From a virus (taxonomy: Duplodnaviria > Heunggongvirae > Uroviricota > Caudoviricetes): a DNA stretch of 64,000 nucleotides. The DNA lies in the IMG/VR virus record IMGVR_UViG_3300023181_000027, positions 35,473 to 99,472 of that record; one strand, written 5' to 3'. The notes below the pieces were generated by a model. The model did not search any database. It had not been told where the DNA came from and saw nothing but the letters and a program-made list of their open reading frames with translations. Below are positions 55,948 to 64,000 of this stretch, one piece after another (positions within the stretch are counted from its first letter, which is position 1; each line of letters opens with the position of its first letter). The position numbers and the translations under genes were made by a program.

Positions 55948-56235
55948 TTATAAACAGTTGATATCTGTACTCTTCTTGTATTCTTCTAGTAATGCAAATA
56001 GTCTAGCGTGATCGCTGTTAGTGTGATCATAGATCACCTCCTTGCAGTAATTCTTCGCTATTGGTACTCTCTGTCCTTGTGGTGTTAATATCCACCAGAC
56101 ATTCTTGTTACCTTTAACATCTGTATTCTCCATCTCTAGGAATACTATGCCAACACAATCAAACAATCTTGATTCGTAAGCGTCTTTGTTCGAATGGAAC
56201 TTTACGATAGCTCCCACTGATGTTTGTTCGCTCAT
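55948..56235 (-). CDS. hypothetical protein (95 aa)
   Basis: Track ORF. Confidence 0.4.
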   Translation of the reverse strand: MSEQTSVGAIVKFHSNKDAYESRLFDCVGIVFLEMENTDVKGNKNVWWILTPQGQRVPIAKNYCKEVIYDHTNSDHARLFALLEEYKKSTDINCL

Positions 56236-56525
56236 CTGTTTACAAGTTAAGTTGGATAATTAGTAAGTACAATAGGTGAGCGCCCACGTTAGTTCTTCAG
56301 TCAACCAATCCAGGTATGTTTAAGCTCACCCATATGTACGTTTATTTAGTTAAGGGTAAAAAACTAAAGGGTAGACAGCAGCTATTACAAGGTCTCTCAG
56401 TTCTTGTTTTTCACTACTGTCTGGTTTTTGTTTTGAATGTGATGAATACAGCACGTATGCAAGTGCGATGTCAGAGCGACATCTTACTGTGTGAGTAACC
56501 AAACAAACTGTATGCACTAGATAGG

Positions 56526-56975
56526 CTACGTGCTGTATTCTTCATTGTCGGCTGCATGTAATAGCTTGTGAGCTTGATTACATGTGAGATAGCCAGTACG
56601 GTATTTGGTGTTGTAAAGGGCAATATATGCTTCCTCCCATTCTTTGATTGGCATCTTTACATTAAGCCATTCAATATAGAATACTCCACCATTGTGCACG
56701 TGATAGGTGCCTTTTTGTTCTTGTTTGCCGTTATTAATTGGCATATGATCATAACTTCCACCTGCTTCTTTATGTGTTAGAAATAGGTGAGTGTCCTTCC
56801 CTCTGGCTGCTTCAGCCCCCTCAAACATTACTGTGTAAGATTTAAAGAAGCTACTAAACCAGAAGACTGCTGACCACATTACGCCTGGTAATGGCACTGC
56901 CTTTGCTAACTCTCTAAGAATTGCAGGGTCTACTGGCTTGATTACCATTAGTTCAGAAGATCTGTAGTATACCAA
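56526..56975 (-). CDS. hypothetical protein (149 aa)
   Basis: Track ORF. Confidence 0.45.
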   Translation of the reverse strand: MVYYRSSELMVIKPVDPAILRELAKAVPLPGVMWSAVFWFSSFFKSYTVMFEGAEAARGKDTHLFLTHKEAGGSYDHMPINNGKQEQKGTYHVHNGGVFYIEWLNVKMPIKEWEEAYIALYNTKYRTGYLTCNQAHKLLHAADNEEYST

Positions 56976-57298
56976 CCATGTTTCACTATTCTGTTTAATA
57001 GAGTGGTGAATGAATTGGTGATTCTATTTATTAGTTCTTCTGTGTCACCAACCACACGGTGATCTTCACACTCTACACCTATCATCAACTTAATACCTTG
57101 GGCATTTAGTGAATCTAACATTGGAACTTGTGCGGTAGTGAGAGCTTCGATAAGTAGATGCTCTGTGCGTGGACCAATCCATCTCGCTGCGAGTAACATT
57201 GATTCAATCTCACGAGTGGTTAACTTGGTTCTTTGATAATGATGGATTGGCATACTCCTTACTTGTGGAATTAGTGCCACTTTTTTTGACTTTTTCAT
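56948..57298 (-). CDS. hypothetical protein (116 aa)
   Basis: Track ORF with AAAACCCCGCACAAG immediately upstream of the ATG. Confidence 0.45.
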   Translation of the reverse strand: MKKSKKVALIPQVRSMPIHHYQRTKLTTREIESMLLAARWIGPRTEHLLIEALTTAQVPMLDSLNAQGIKLMIGVECEDHRVVGDTEELINRITNSFTTLLNRIVKHGWYTTDLLN

Positions 57299-57405
57299 CT
57301 TGTGCGGGGTTTTTAGATGTTATGTTTGTACTAAGCAGAGCCATACTCTCTAGATGGACTCACTCGATGAGGAATCGCTTACACTAGCTAGAAGGCTCTG
57401 CTTTG

Positions 57406-57771
57406 TTAATTTGCTCGTATTGTTTTTGGATCTACTCTTAGTTCGAGTGGATATGGCATGTCACTGTGTTTGATGTAGTTCTCACCAAAGCCAATGTATG
57501 CTTCTATTCTCTGACTGATTGTAGGTTGTAATCTCTCTAAACACAATTGCTCTGCTTCGTCAACTAACAAGTCTGGTAACTCGTAAGATTTACTATACTT
57601 AGTTTTCAATGATTTCATCTCCCATCTTGTTCTGAGTATAAGGAGTTTCATCTCACTGTTTGCTAATATGTAGAATGCTCTTGTTTGTTTATTGACTCTT
57701 TTACAGCTTTCTGCAATAGTCATCCCTCTCTCAACGAAGAAAAGGATGACTTTTAGTTGTAGGCTGTTCAT
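57406..57771 (-). CDS. hypothetical protein (121 aa)
   Basis: Track ORF. Confidence 0.45.
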   Translation of the reverse strand: MNSLQLKVILFFVERGMTIAESCKRVNKQTRAFYILANSEMKLLILRTRWEMKSLKTKYSKSYELPDLLVDEAEQLCLERLQPTISQRIEAYIGFGENYIKHSDMPYPLELRVDPKTIRAN

Positions 57772-57774
57772 AGA

Positions 57775-58233
57775 TTAGTCTTTGGTGACAGAGATTGCTG
57801 GCTCTTCAGTTTGTAATTTAGCGTATTGCTCATTAAAAGTGATGAGTTGTAAAGAGGATGGTTTATCCAATTTGGTATGTTTCACCCATCTGGTGGTTGT
57901 ATTATTACCACTCACATGCTCAATCTCCACGTTATTCTCTGCGTATTGATTGATGCTTTTCACTTTGGCTGCACCTAATGCTCCATAACCTGGATTAACA
58001 TACACTTCTTCTGTACAGTATACAAGTTCATCAATTTCAAAGTCAATACCGACATTGAAACCGTTCATTGCATTATACACGTGTGAGATTGTATTTTTAT
58101 CCAGAGCTGAGGCAATGATGGCTTCAGTTAGAAGTTCGGCATGTGGGAATGTGTGGTCAAACTTGTTGCGTAGGTTGCTGGCTATAGCATCAACACTTAC
58201 TTCGATTTTGATTGTTTGATTGAACTTTTTCAT
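57775..58233 (-). CDS. hypothetical protein (152 aa)
   Basis: Track ORF with TTAAAAGCCCCCAAA upstream of the ATG. Confidence 0.45.
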   Translation of the reverse strand: MKKFNQTIKIEVSVDAIASNLRNKFDHTFPHAELLTEAIIASALDKNTISHVYNAMNGFNVGIDFEIDELVYCTEEVYVNPGYGALGAAKVKSINQYAENNVEIEHVSGNNTTTRWVKHTKLDKPSSLQLITFNEQYAKLQTEEPAISVTKD

Positions 58234-58266
58234 TTTGGGGGCTTTTAATATTGTTAAACAGTTGGT

Positions 58267-58485
58267 TTATTTTGCATTTAGTGCTTCCACTTCCTTGCAC
58301 ATGGATTGCCAGTTTTCTTCACTGTAGTCTGTGCCAATGATGGCTGCACCTGTCTTACCGAATCTAATTAGTTCGATATGGTGCTCGGTTTTGTTTTTAC
58401 CAATATAACCATTGGTGTAGTTTACCAGATTTTGCACGTGTGCCATGTCCTCGACAATTGGCCACATTAAGATGATCTTTCTCAT
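58267..58485 (-). CDS. hypothetical protein (72 aa)
   Basis: Track ORF with AAACCCCGCACA upstream. Confidence 0.4.
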   Translation of the reverse strand: MRKIILMWPIVEDMAHVQNLVNYTNGYIGKNKTEHHIELIRFGKTGAAIIGTDYSEENWQSMCKEVEALNAK

Positions 58486-58506
58486 TGTGCGGGGTTTACA
58501 ATGTTT

Positions 58507-58794
58507 TTATTCGTTATTTTCGAGTGTGTTTAAAGCCTGCTCGTTCGCTATGTCTTCATTGGTCCAGACATCCAAAATGCCATCTTCGTATGTGATATAA
58601 TCACCTGGATGCGCTATTTTCTCACCATTTGCTGTTCCAACGAGTATGACACTCTCTGTTGCACGATTTTCTCTCATGATCCATCCTGGTTCATTGTAAT
58701 TGAAGTTGTTCAATGCTACAACCACCCAATTCGGCACCTCTTCAAGTTGTGAGCCATTCCATAGAACAGCTTCTAATCCATTTGGTAAGTTCAT
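58507..58794 (-). CDS. hypothetical protein (95 aa)
   Basis: Track ORF. Confidence 0.4.
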   Translation of the reverse strand: MNLPNGLEAVLWNGSQLEEVPNWVVVALNNFNYNEPGWIMRENRATESVILVGTANGEKIAHPGDYITYEDGILDVWTNEDIANEQALNTLENNE

Positions 58795-59084
58795 GGCTGT
58801 TCACTTAATTGTTTCTTCAATAAGGCTATTTCCAATGAGTCTTTAGTGAGGTTGATCACTTGTATGTCTGCATCTTCAATTGAAATGATAGCATAATGCA
58901 TGTTGTCGAATGTGTGAACACTTTGACTAATTGTCACCTCTCCTGCAGTGTTAACAAATTCAGCTCTCGCTATCTTCTGTTGTACTGGCAGCTCACTCAC
59001 TTCTTTCTCAAAACGGGTGGATTCATCGTTGCTATAGCATGATGACAATAGTGCGATACACACTAGTAGTAATAGATTCTTCAT
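58791..59084 (-). CDS. small lipoprotein (97 aa)
   Basis: MKNLLLLVCIALLSSC signal peptide and lipobox, with AAAGCCCCCAAAAAG upstream. Confidence 0.45.
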   Translation of the reverse strand: MKNLLLLVCIALLSSCYSNDESTRFEKEVSELPVQQKIARAEFVNTAGEVTISQSVHTFDNMHYAIISIEDADIQVINLTKDSLEIALLKKQLSEQP

Positions 59085-59358
59085 CTTTTTGGGGGCTTTA
59101 TGAAATTGTCAATAATTGGTTAATTATGTTGTCATTCTCACAAGAGTGAAAGTGTGAGATTATGGAGTTGGCAAAATAGTGGGCATGAGTGTTGGCATGG
59201 TTGAACTTCGATTTTGCAAAATTGAAATAATGGAGAATAGTGTGGGTTGAAACCAGCGCTACGCGCTACAACACACGCTGTCATTTCATTTTGAAATACT
59301 TTGAAAGTAAAACAGTGGCACCAGCATTACCTGTATGCCAACTGTTTAAATCTTCACA

Positions 59359-59601
59359 CTATAGAGTGTTGTGTGTCTTGTACAACGCGCCATTAATCCT
59401 CCAACACATATAATACATGTTGTTTTCATCCATTCTTGTTTGACCTACAAACTCGGTTTCGAATGAATCGGCAAGCACATTATATTCTTCATTAGTAATT
59501 AATTTGCAATCTTCTAACTTTACCATGATAATATTGTTTAACAGTTGGAGCTTCGCTATGGATCTAAACCTCTTTCGAGACCAACACAATTGTGTTTGCA
59601 C
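59359..59601 (-). CDS. hypothetical protein (80 aa)
   Basis: Track ORF. Confidence 0.35.
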   Translation of the reverse strand: MQTQLCWSRKRFRSIAKLQLLNNIIMVKLEDCKLITNEEYNVLADSFETEFVGQTRMDENNMYYMCWRINGALYKTHNTL

Positions 59602-59640
59602 TGTTATACATTGATACTATGGGAGAAGTGTTATACATGG

Positions 59641-59678
59641 ATAAATAATAAAACTAATAGAGGGACAAAGTCCCTCTA
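59641..59678 (-). terminator. rho-independent terminator
   Basis: Perfect 9-bp stem UAGAGGGAC-UUU-GUCCCUCUA followed in the minus sense by a U-rich tract (UUAGUUUUAUUAUUUAU), 10 nt after the stop of 59688..60227. Confidence 0.55.
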
Positions 59679-59687
59679 TTAATAGCA

Positions 59688-60227
59688 TTACGGTTTAGCG
59701 TCAGCGATAACCGAGAATGTGTAAACGCGAGCAGCACGCATTTCAGTCTCACCTTGTACAGCATTAGCTTTACGAGATGGTCTTGGAAGCGGATTGCTTT
59801 CGTCTGCATAAGCAGCAGTACATTCGATGGTAGTACCAACCAGTGATTTCCACTGTTTACCGGTCATTTTCGAGCAGCTTACCTCAGTGCCATCACTGAA
59901 AGTGATCACTGATTTAGGCGACTGGAACAGAGCCGGAATAGCCAGCTTACGAGCACCGCCTTCGAAGATCAAGAACAGAGACGAAGGATATTCGCCTTTG
60001 GCAGCCAATTTAACTGGCTCTTTGATGCCAACAATGCGGATCTCTTGATCGTCAGTACGCTTTTGGATGCCTTGACCTGCAACCTCATCAAATGCAATCT
60101 TTTCAACAGTGCCGACGAAGCCCTGGATGATTGCTGCTGTACCAATGCCTAAAGCATTAAGTGTTTGATCGCTGTTCAACAGCGCATCTAATACCTCTTG
60201 GGTATTTGCATTTTCAAATGTTTTCAT
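59688..60227 (-). CDS. hypothetical protein (179 aa), first gene of the leftward transcription block
   Basis: Track ORF adjacent to the divergent control region. Confidence 0.5.
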   Translation of the reverse strand: MKTFENANTQEVLDALLNSDQTLNALGIGTAAIIQGFVGTVEKIAFDEVAGQGIQKRTDDQEIRIVGIKEPVKLAAKGEYPSSLFLIFEGGARKLAIPALFQSPKSVITFSDGTEVSCSKMTGKQWKSLVGTTIECTAAYADESNPLPRPSRKANAVQGETEMRAARVYTFSVIADAKP

Positions 60228-60239
60228 TTTACTTTGGAT

Positions 60240-60632
60240 TTAATATGGGTTTTATGTCGAGACCAAGAAGGGGGGTTAAGTCGGACCTGGTTTTCCCCCC
60301 GAACCACACAGACAATTTTCAATTAAGGAACTACTTCTATATCCATTTAACTTTTAAATAGCTGATGGGAGGGGTGGGTAGAAATAGCCGAGTTCAAAAT
60401 TTTATATTTTATAATTTTTGCTTTTCACTTACATACTTAATAAGATAAGAAGAGGGAGTACGTAAAGGGTTGATTCATAACGAGTTAACCCTTTCACTTT
60501 AGTACACCAGACGTGTAGTTAGTCTAATAGACGGGAATAAAGTCTATTGAACGTGAATGTTGTAATACAAATACTACATTTTGTACTTTCAATAATTATT
60601 GTTATATTTGTATTACAATAAAATTATAATCA
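60240..60632. promoter_or_regulatory. divergent AT-rich intergenic control region with a 14-bp inverted repeat (TTGTAATACAAATA / TATTTGTATTACAA)
   Basis: The strand switch occurs here, with minus genes to the left and plus genes to the right. The inverted repeat spans 60561-60574 and 60605-60618. GC content is very low and there are several TATAAT-like boxes. Confidence 0.5.
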
Positions 60633-61082
60633 ATGGCAAAACATTTAGTCCAGTCGACTGAGACACAACATGTAGATGAAGAAACCGGCCAGCTTATCGT
60701 GACGACAATAGAGAAAGTACATACTATTAAGGTGAATGAAGAAGGATTCTTCATGACGTATATTTCTATGCTACGTCCATTCTATCAGCTTGAGCATTTA
60801 GCAGATGTGAAGTTGATAGTAAAGCTTTGTGAACTTGCAGAGTTCAATACAGGTAAGGTGTCAATATCTACAGCAAAGAGAAAAGAGTTATGTGATGAAC
60901 TCAACATCTCTACATCCAACTTCTCAAAGTATATTAAGAGGTTGAAAGATAAGGAGTTAATAAGTGGAGGGCAGGGGGAGTGGACAGTCTCGCCAGCTTT
61001 GTTCTGGAAAGGCGATAGGAAAACACGAGCTGCTTTGTTAAAGAACAACACATTAACGTTAACAATTAAACTGGAGGAATGA
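60633..61082 (+). CDS. putative DNA-binding regulator or replication-initiator-like protein (winged-helix candidate)
   Basis: 149 aa, first gene after the divergent region. A basic helix-turn-like segment reads ISTSNFSKYIKRLKDKELIS. Assigned by context. Confidence 0.35.
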   Translation: MAKHLVQSTETQHVDEETGQLIVTTIEKVHTIKVNEEGFFMTYISMLRPFYQLEHLADVKLIVKLCELAEFNTGKVSISTAKRKELCDELNISTSNFSKYIKRLKDKELISGGQGEWTVSPALFWKGDRKTRAALLKNNTLTLTIKLEE

Positions 61083-61291
61083 TGGAAGTATTCTTTGATA
61101 TGCAAGTGCACTTTAATAAAAGGAAAGGCGCATACACGAGGACAGTGTATAAGGTGGACGGTAGGTATTATGTATTAGAGTTTACGAAAGGGGAAATTGC
61201 ATTCTTCTTACGTAGCGGTAATAAGAAGTATTCAGCTACCCACATCCTTCCTATGGAGCTCTTACGAGAACTTTCAAAAAGTCAAATTTAA
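61079..61291 (+). CDS. hypothetical protein (70 aa)
   Basis: Track ORF, translationally coupled (ATGA overlap). Confidence 0.4.
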   Translation: MMEVFFDMQVHFNKRKGAYTRTVYKVDGRYYVLEFTKGEIAFFLRSGNKKYSATHILPMELLRELSKSQI

Positions 61292-61352
61292 CCACACTCT
61301 TTACAAGTTAAAACTGTATCTTTGTCTTACTATTAAACCAACTAAGTAAAAC

Positions 61353-61994
61353 ATGTCTAAAATCATCGCAATTATTTTAATCACTGTATTTCTAGGTGTA
61401 CTGGGTGGAAGCGCTTACCTATTAAAACAAAACAAGATACTACAAACAAGAGTGAGTGATCTCACAATTAACATTAAATCTGCTGAGCATGGTGTGACAC
61501 AGTATCGAGATAAATACGATAACGTGTATTCACGTGTGATTGAGCAACGCAAAACTCTAGCGGAGTTAACGGCATCTAAAGATTCTACTATAACACAGCT
61601 GATGCAGAGATTGTTTGCGGCAGGTATTAAATTAAAAGATATCAAAGGTGTAAGTATAGAGACTACAAAGATTGAAAGAGATACTGTAATTAAATGGAAG
61701 CAAGGTGAGATTAATAAATATTACGACTTCTCCAAGTTACCACATATAGTTAATACTGTGGCACTTACAGACTCCACTGCAACCAACAAACTACAAGTGA
61801 ACGACACTGTATCTACAATTCCACAAGTGAAGAGGGAATTCATTGAACCAAGAAAGAGTTTCTTCCTGGCAAGATGGTTCCAGAAGAAACAAGATGTTGT
61901 CTATATTGATATCAATCACACCAATCCATTCCTGAACGTGACTGGCAACACACAAATTACTATATTGGATAGTGATGGTAAAGCCAAGAAGTAA
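61353..61994 (+). CDS. membrane-anchored protein (213 aa)
   Basis: N-terminal TM helix IIAIILITVFLGVLGGSAYLL, followed by a hydrophilic domain. Confidence 0.45.
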   Translation: MSKIIAIILITVFLGVLGGSAYLLKQNKILQTRVSDLTINIKSAEHGVTQYRDKYDNVYSRVIEQRKTLAELTASKDSTITQLMQRLFAAGIKLKDIKGVSIETTKIERDTVIKWKQGEINKYYDFSKLPHIVNTVALTDSTATNKLQVNDTVSTIPQVKREFIEPRKSFFLARWFQKKQDVVYIDINHTNPFLNVTGNTQITILDSDGKAKK

Positions 61995-62037
61995 GAAATA
62001 AGAAAGCCGCCCACAATTAAGTGAAGCGGCTTTTCTA

Positions 62038-63621
62038 TTATAATACTGGTTCTGGTCTCGTACGTGGAGGGGCTGGTATCATTCCCTCCCAACTTGAAGG
62101 GGTGGTATCATGTTCACCCCATTCTAAACCATCTTGTTGGTTTTCATAAAGATCATCCAACCTCATATTGTTAGTTGCTTGAGTTTCACGCAGATACTGT
62201 AAGCGATCTTCAATCATACCTGGTTTATTTGGTTGCCATCTACGTAGATCTTTACTAATTTTAAGTTGATCTACCATCCATTGATTGCCGGTAGATTTTG
62301 CATTCTTCAACTCTCGGTTCAATTGCATAATATCTTTAGTTCCTTGTGTAATATCCTTACCCACCATCTTATAGCGGGTGTTGATATCTCTAACCATAGC
62401 AAGGTTAGGTTGTTTATAACCGTCTACGATCACTTCATTCATAGGGAAGTTTAATCCACTCCGCTTATTCATGTTTATAATACCTGCATCCATTACTGGT
62501 TTATAGTTATGGAGGAATTCTTTCTGTAAAGACAAACCTTCTAAAGAGTTGGCATCCATCTTCTGGAGGAAGTGTGTGTTAAGTTGATTCTGCTGGAAGT
62601 CAATGTTATAACGAGATTGCATTTTTGTCTCTGGCCACATCTTACTCATTCTCTTTGATTCATTAATGTTGTTTAGTATAGCATCAACAGCAGGTTTCTC
62701 CTCTGCTATCATTGACTTTGGAATAGCTTCAAACACTCTCTTACCATTTACACCACTCATATTAGTGTCTTGTAATTTACCAGTACGAATAGGAGTCCAC
62801 TCTTTGCTAGCAGTACTGGCTTTCTGCCACATTAAAGGTGAAGAGTTAAAAGATAAACTAGTTTCAGTTTGATAAGCACCAGGTTTAATTTTAACTTCAC
62901 TATTCAACTTGGCTAAAGCTTTCTCCGGACTCATATTAAAGTAGTTGTGCGCTGTAACATCATTAGCAAAGTTCTTAGCAAGTGTACCAGAGTTTGCAGC
63001 GTTCTTCACACGTGAGACTAAACCAAGATCTTTAGTTGCTCTGAAGGTTTCCATAGCGGTACTACGATAAGGTTGTGTGGCCTCACTTAATGCAACACCA
63101 GTTTCACTAGCCAACTTAGCACCCCGTACAGCTGGAACTACGGCAGCAAGTCCATTGACAACATCACCACCCATATTCAATACAGCACTCTTAAGCTTTT
63201 CATCACTATTTACACCATCAAAGTATTTGTCAGGACGTAGGAGTTTAAGCACACTCTTTACAGGTGAAGTCAGTAAACCAACAAGTGGGCTGTCGTTTGT
63301 TTTATGCTCCAACTTAGTCAGGCTACTAAGCCACTCCTCTCTTCCACTTTTATTGTACGTAGAGATTGTGCCTTGATCTCTCACCATATTTTCATTTTGT
63401 ACTATACCCGCCATACCTAGCTTAGCAGCTATTTTGTTACGTGGTGCGAGAGTCACTCGTGTATTATCTATTTGTGCGGGTGCACTCTCTGGACGTTTAC
63501 CTTTCATTTTAATAAAGTCCTTCAAGGTTAATTTACCACCCTCCTGAAACTGTTCTCTCTGATTATCAACGGAGAGATCGAGTTCTTCTAGTGAGATGAC
63601 TTTCTTATTTGATACTTTCAT
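62038..63621 (-). CDS. hypothetical protein (527 aa)
   Basis: Long track ORF. No motif recognised. Confidence 0.5.
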   Translation of the reverse strand: MKVSNKKVISLEELDLSVDNQREQFQEGGKLTLKDFIKMKGKRPESAPAQIDNTRVTLAPRNKIAAKLGMAGIVQNENMVRDQGTISTYNKSGREEWLSSLTKLEHKTNDSPLVGLLTSPVKSVLKLLRPDKYFDGVNSDEKLKSAVLNMGGDVVNGLAAVVPAVRGAKLASETGVALSEATQPYRSTAMETFRATKDLGLVSRVKNAANSGTLAKNFANDVTAHNYFNMSPEKALAKLNSEVKIKPGAYQTETSLSFNSSPLMWQKASTASKEWTPIRTGKLQDTNMSGVNGKRVFEAIPKSMIAEEKPAVDAILNNINESKRMSKMWPETKMQSRYNIDFQQNQLNTHFLQKMDANSLEGLSLQKEFLHNYKPVMDAGIINMNKRSGLNFPMNEVIVDGYKQPNLAMVRDINTRYKMVGKDITQGTKDIMQLNRELKNAKSTGNQWMVDQLKISKDLRRWQPNKPGMIEDRLQYLRETQATNNMRLDDLYENQQDGLEWGEHDTTPSSWEGMIPAPPRTRPEPVL

Positions 63622-63762
63622 GTATTTTCTCTATATTTGTATGTTCATTATTGTATACAATTCTATGTGGTGCTATGTATTCTTTTGCCTACAGTATGAC
63701 CAAAGACAAAGATAATCAATTGTTAAGAGATATACAAAGGCAAAGTCAAAAACCAATAACAA

Positions 63763-64000
63763 ATGCTCGCACAAATAATAACTGCCATCAAAGACATTAC
63801 AGGAGCACGCTTCTATATCTTGGTGCTCACACTGTTTCTCGGGTTCTTAGTATACACGTTCAAAGACTCTCTCAAACAAAACGCTTTCTCCCCAAGAGAG
63901 CTACAAACAATAAGTAATGAAAAAGGTTTACAAGCTACGTTAGAAAACTTAAAGAAAGAAGATCCACTCATACGTGGTTATATCTTCTTTGTATATCAAC
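63763..64000 (+). CDS. membrane-anchored protein, 5' part (runs off the window end)
   Basis: Hand translation gives MLAQIITAIKDITGARFYILVLTLFLGFLVYTFKDSLKQNAFSPRELQTISNEKGLQATLENLKKEDPLIRGYIFFVYQ... This is more protein-like than the overlapping track ORF 63609..63917. Confidence 0.3.
   Translation, partial: MLAQIITAIKDITGARFYILVLTLFLGFLVYTFKDSLKQNAFSPRELQTISNEKGLQATLENLKKEDPLIRGYIFFVYQ

Noticed and set aside
7578-61645. Minus-strand or antisense small ORFs nested in other frames of real genes (7578..7760, 9969..10160, 11101..11334, 17370..17582, 26183..26440, 32020..32244, 41879..42166, 42600..42791, 43433..43666, 51967..52164, 59654..59839, 60785..61111, 61415..61645)
   Set aside because: Each is wholly contained in a longer ORF with recognisable domains or a better codon pattern. 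No independent support.
63609-63917. Track ORF 63609..63917 (+)
   Set aside because: Its composition (runs of R, Q, N and T) is not protein-like, and it overlaps the start of 62038..63621 head-on. The alternative plus-strand frame from 63763 encodes a clean TM-anchored protein and is preferred.
1-64000. Prophage/integration signals, CRISPR arrays, transposases
   Set aside because: No integrase or recombinase motif, no direct-repeat array with spacers and no IS-like terminal inverted repeats were seen. The tRNA genes are internal to a phage gene block rather than at a prophage boundary.

Overview
The window reads as a contiguous stretch of a large, AT-rich (about 38% GC) virulent bacteriophage genome, not as bacterial chromosome. 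Nearly every gene is on the minus strand and tightly packed, often with ATGA/TAATG start-stop overlaps, from position 1 to about 60.2 kb. A divergent AT-rich control region sits at 60.2-60.6 kb, followed by a short plus-strand block and one more minus-strand gene. No Shine-Dalgarno motifs are visible upstream of starts, which is compatible with a Bacteroidota-type host (weak inference). The recognisable content is a DNA replication and nucleotide metabolism module: an AAA+ ATPase, a PD-(D/E)xK-like nuclease, a large Hsp90/MORC-like GHKL ATPase, a DnaG-type primase, a DnaB-like helicase, an SF2 DEAH helicase and a small family-B DNA polymerase. It also holds a PTH2 peptidyl-tRNA hydrolase, a NAMPT plus PRPP-synthetase NAD-salvage pair, two nucleoside-2-deoxyribosyltransferase-like paralogs, a SLOG protein, a Nudix hydrolase and a QueD/PTPS homolog. 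A complete Ter-type accessory cassette is present, made of TerD, a HAD phosphatase, a PRTase, a TerY-like vWA protein and TerC, with a second, large vWA protein that may be TROVE/Ro60-like. An SPFH/band-7 pair, an HNH homing endonuclease, many small lipoproteins and membrane proteins, and at least 10-12 tRNA or tRNA-like genes are also present. The most unusual signals are three. First, a family of tRNA genes is interrupted by 35-45-nt inserts that share a conserved AGTGAN-NNN-NTCACT triloop hairpin whose loops read like rare-codon anticodons. Second, a textbook -1 programmed-frameshift site (CCCUUUU, a 5-nt spacer, then an 11-bp stem) extends a 65-aa ORF into a 90-codon start-less frame. Third, the Ter-type PRPP-centred metabolic cassette and the conserved AAACCCC element just upstream of many small-gene start codons. 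No integrase, CRISPR array or capsid/tail genes were recognised in this window.
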